Source: Sedimentisphaera cyanobacteriorum (GTDB lineage: Bacteria > Planctomycetota > Phycisphaerae > Sedimentisphaerales > Sedimentisphaeraceae). Taken from it: DNA of 32,000 nt. The position numbers were made by a program, and so were the translations under genes. Within the stretch, counting starts at the first letter, position 1, and the number at the start of each line of letters is the position of its first letter. Location of the stretch: NCBI RefSeq assembly GCF_001997385.1, contig NZ_CP019633.1, positions 750,001 through 782,000 on the forward strand, written 5' to 3'. Shown here piece by piece: positions 31,303 through 32,000 of the stretch. The notes under the pieces are model-generated. The model had not been told where the DNA came from. It ran no database searches and was given only the letters and a program-made list of their open reading frames with translations.

Positions 31303-32000
31303 ATGCATACAAAAATATATCAAAACTTAGAGATAGAATCTCATGAGCTTTCCGAAGCGGCAGAGATTTTGAAAAGGGGCGGAATCGTAGCTTTCCCTAC
31401 GGAAACTGTTTATGGGCTTGCAGCGAGAGCAGACAGCGAAACTGCGTCCAAGCTCAGCGAACTCAAGAGCAGGAAAGAGGGGAAATATTATTCTCTGCAT
31501 ATACCTTTTCCGGAGGCCTTGAGCAGTTATGTTCCTGATATCGATTTGAAATCTAAAAAGATAGTAGATAATTTCTGGCCAGGGCCGCTTACGATGGTTT
31601 TCAATGTTTCGCCCGAAAAAATGAGCCGCAAGCATCGAAAACTCGCTGAAAAATGGGATTCAATATATCACAACCAGACTGTGGGCATCAGATGTCCGGA
31701 TGAAGAAACCGCAGCGAGATTTTTATATCTGGCCGGAGTTCCCGTAGTTGCCACTAGCGCAAATATATCCGGCAAAGAGCCTGCTGTAACCGGAGAAGAG
31801 GTAATAAAGCAGTTTGACGGGAAAATTGATGCTGTAATCGACGGGGGCGTCTGCTCGGAGGCCTTGAACAGCACAGTAGCTATGATATCTCAAAACAAGC
31901 TTATGGTTTTAAGGGAGGGGGCTGTAAAAGAGCAGGAACTTTTGGATATTTCTGCGATTAAGCTGCTCTTTGTCTGCGAAGCCAACACCCTTTCCAGCCC
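31303..32000 (+). CDS. tsaC: L-threonylcarbamoyladenylate synthase (TsaC/YrdC domain) continuing in frame into an LMW-PTP-like N-terminal motif; 3' end beyond the window
   Basis: Absent from the ORF track because it is open at the right edge. My translation: MHTKIYQNLEIESHELSEAAEILKRGGIVAFPTETVYGLAARADSETA...DNFWPGPLTMVF...VGIRCPDEETAARFLYLAGVPVVATSANISGKEP...IDAVIDGG...STVAMIS...MVLREGAV. These are all YrdC-domain hallmarks (PT.TVYGL, WPGP.T, SAN.SG, STV). It continues without a stop as KEQELLDISAIKLLFVCEANTLSS. Confidence 0.85.
   Translation, partial: MHTKIYQNLEIESHELSEAAEILKRGGIVAFPTETVYGLAARADSETASKLSELKSRKEGKYYSLHIPFPEALSSYVPDIDLKSKKIVDNFWPGPLTMVFNVSPEKMSRKHRKLAEKWDSIYHNQTVGIRCPDEETAARFLYLAGVPVVATSANISGKEPAVTGEEVIKQFDGKIDAVIDGGVCSEALNSTVAMISQNKLMVLREGAVKEQELLDISAIKLLFVCEANTLSS

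Noticed and set aside
31930-32000. C-terminal extension of TsaC considered as a Sua5 domain
   Set aside because: The visible residues (IKLLFVCEANTLSS) do not resemble the Sua5 C-terminal domain and look like an LMW-PTP/ArsC-type strand and P-loop. Only about 14 residues are visible, so this stays tentative (see findings).
1-32000. Whole-window search for defence systems, toxin-antitoxin pairs, prophage, integron, secretion-system or biosynthetic gene clusters
   Set aside because: No nuclease, helicase, ATPase, methyltransferase, reverse transcriptase, small paired ORFs, integrase or attachment-site repeats were seen. Apart from the IS fragment and the secreted-protein segment, the content is ordinary chromosomal.

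Overview
The window has about 47% GC by eye and is tightly packed with bacterial genes. I see no rRNA, tRNA or CRISPR array. Scattered housekeeping genes, very large acidic secreted proteins and dockerin-like C-terminal tails fit a Planctomycetota/Phycisphaerae-type genome, but that is a low-confidence inference.

Gene content, left to right:
- 1-543 (-): the 5' part of an IS4-family transposase, cut by the window edge and absent from the ORF track.
- 673-8320 (+): an accessory-looking secreted pair. The first is a putative clan GH-A hydrolase. The second is a ~2093-aa giant surface protein built as GLUG-type module, 9 CARDB-like repeats, 2 GLUG-type modules and a dockerin-like tail, followed by a clear terminator.
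- 8420-12242 (+): a housekeeping run of class I DAHP synthase, hisA, rsgA and an M48 lipoprotein peptidase.
- 12228-15474 (-): an orphan sensor histidine kinase and a sodium:solute symporter.
- 15751-18090 (+): a secreted multidomain protein (GH76, beta/gamma-crystallin-like, Ig-like, F5/8-type-C, dockerin-like).
- 18273-18887 (+): a stand-alone rpsD with a structured leader and a terminator.
- 19059-22870 (+): a tightly coupled four-gene unit of MCE/MlaD, PqiC-like lipoprotein, QueE and an atypical radical-SAM protein.
- 22950-31193 (-): one long minus-strand run of metallophosphoesterase, NodT-type outer membrane factor, membrane fusion protein, RND pump, NfeD and an SPFH/stomatin protein.
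- 31303-32000 (+): a probably leaderless TsaC/YrdC gene that reads straight into an LMW-PTP-like motif at the window edge.

I found no recognisable defence system, toxin-antitoxin pair, prophage or biosynthetic cluster. The best novelty candidates, all hypotheses, are:
- the giant GLUG-CARDB-dockerin protein and its shared anchoring tail;
- the QueE-adjacent CX5CX2C radical-SAM enzyme inside an MCE operon;
- the TsaC-phosphatase-like fusion.
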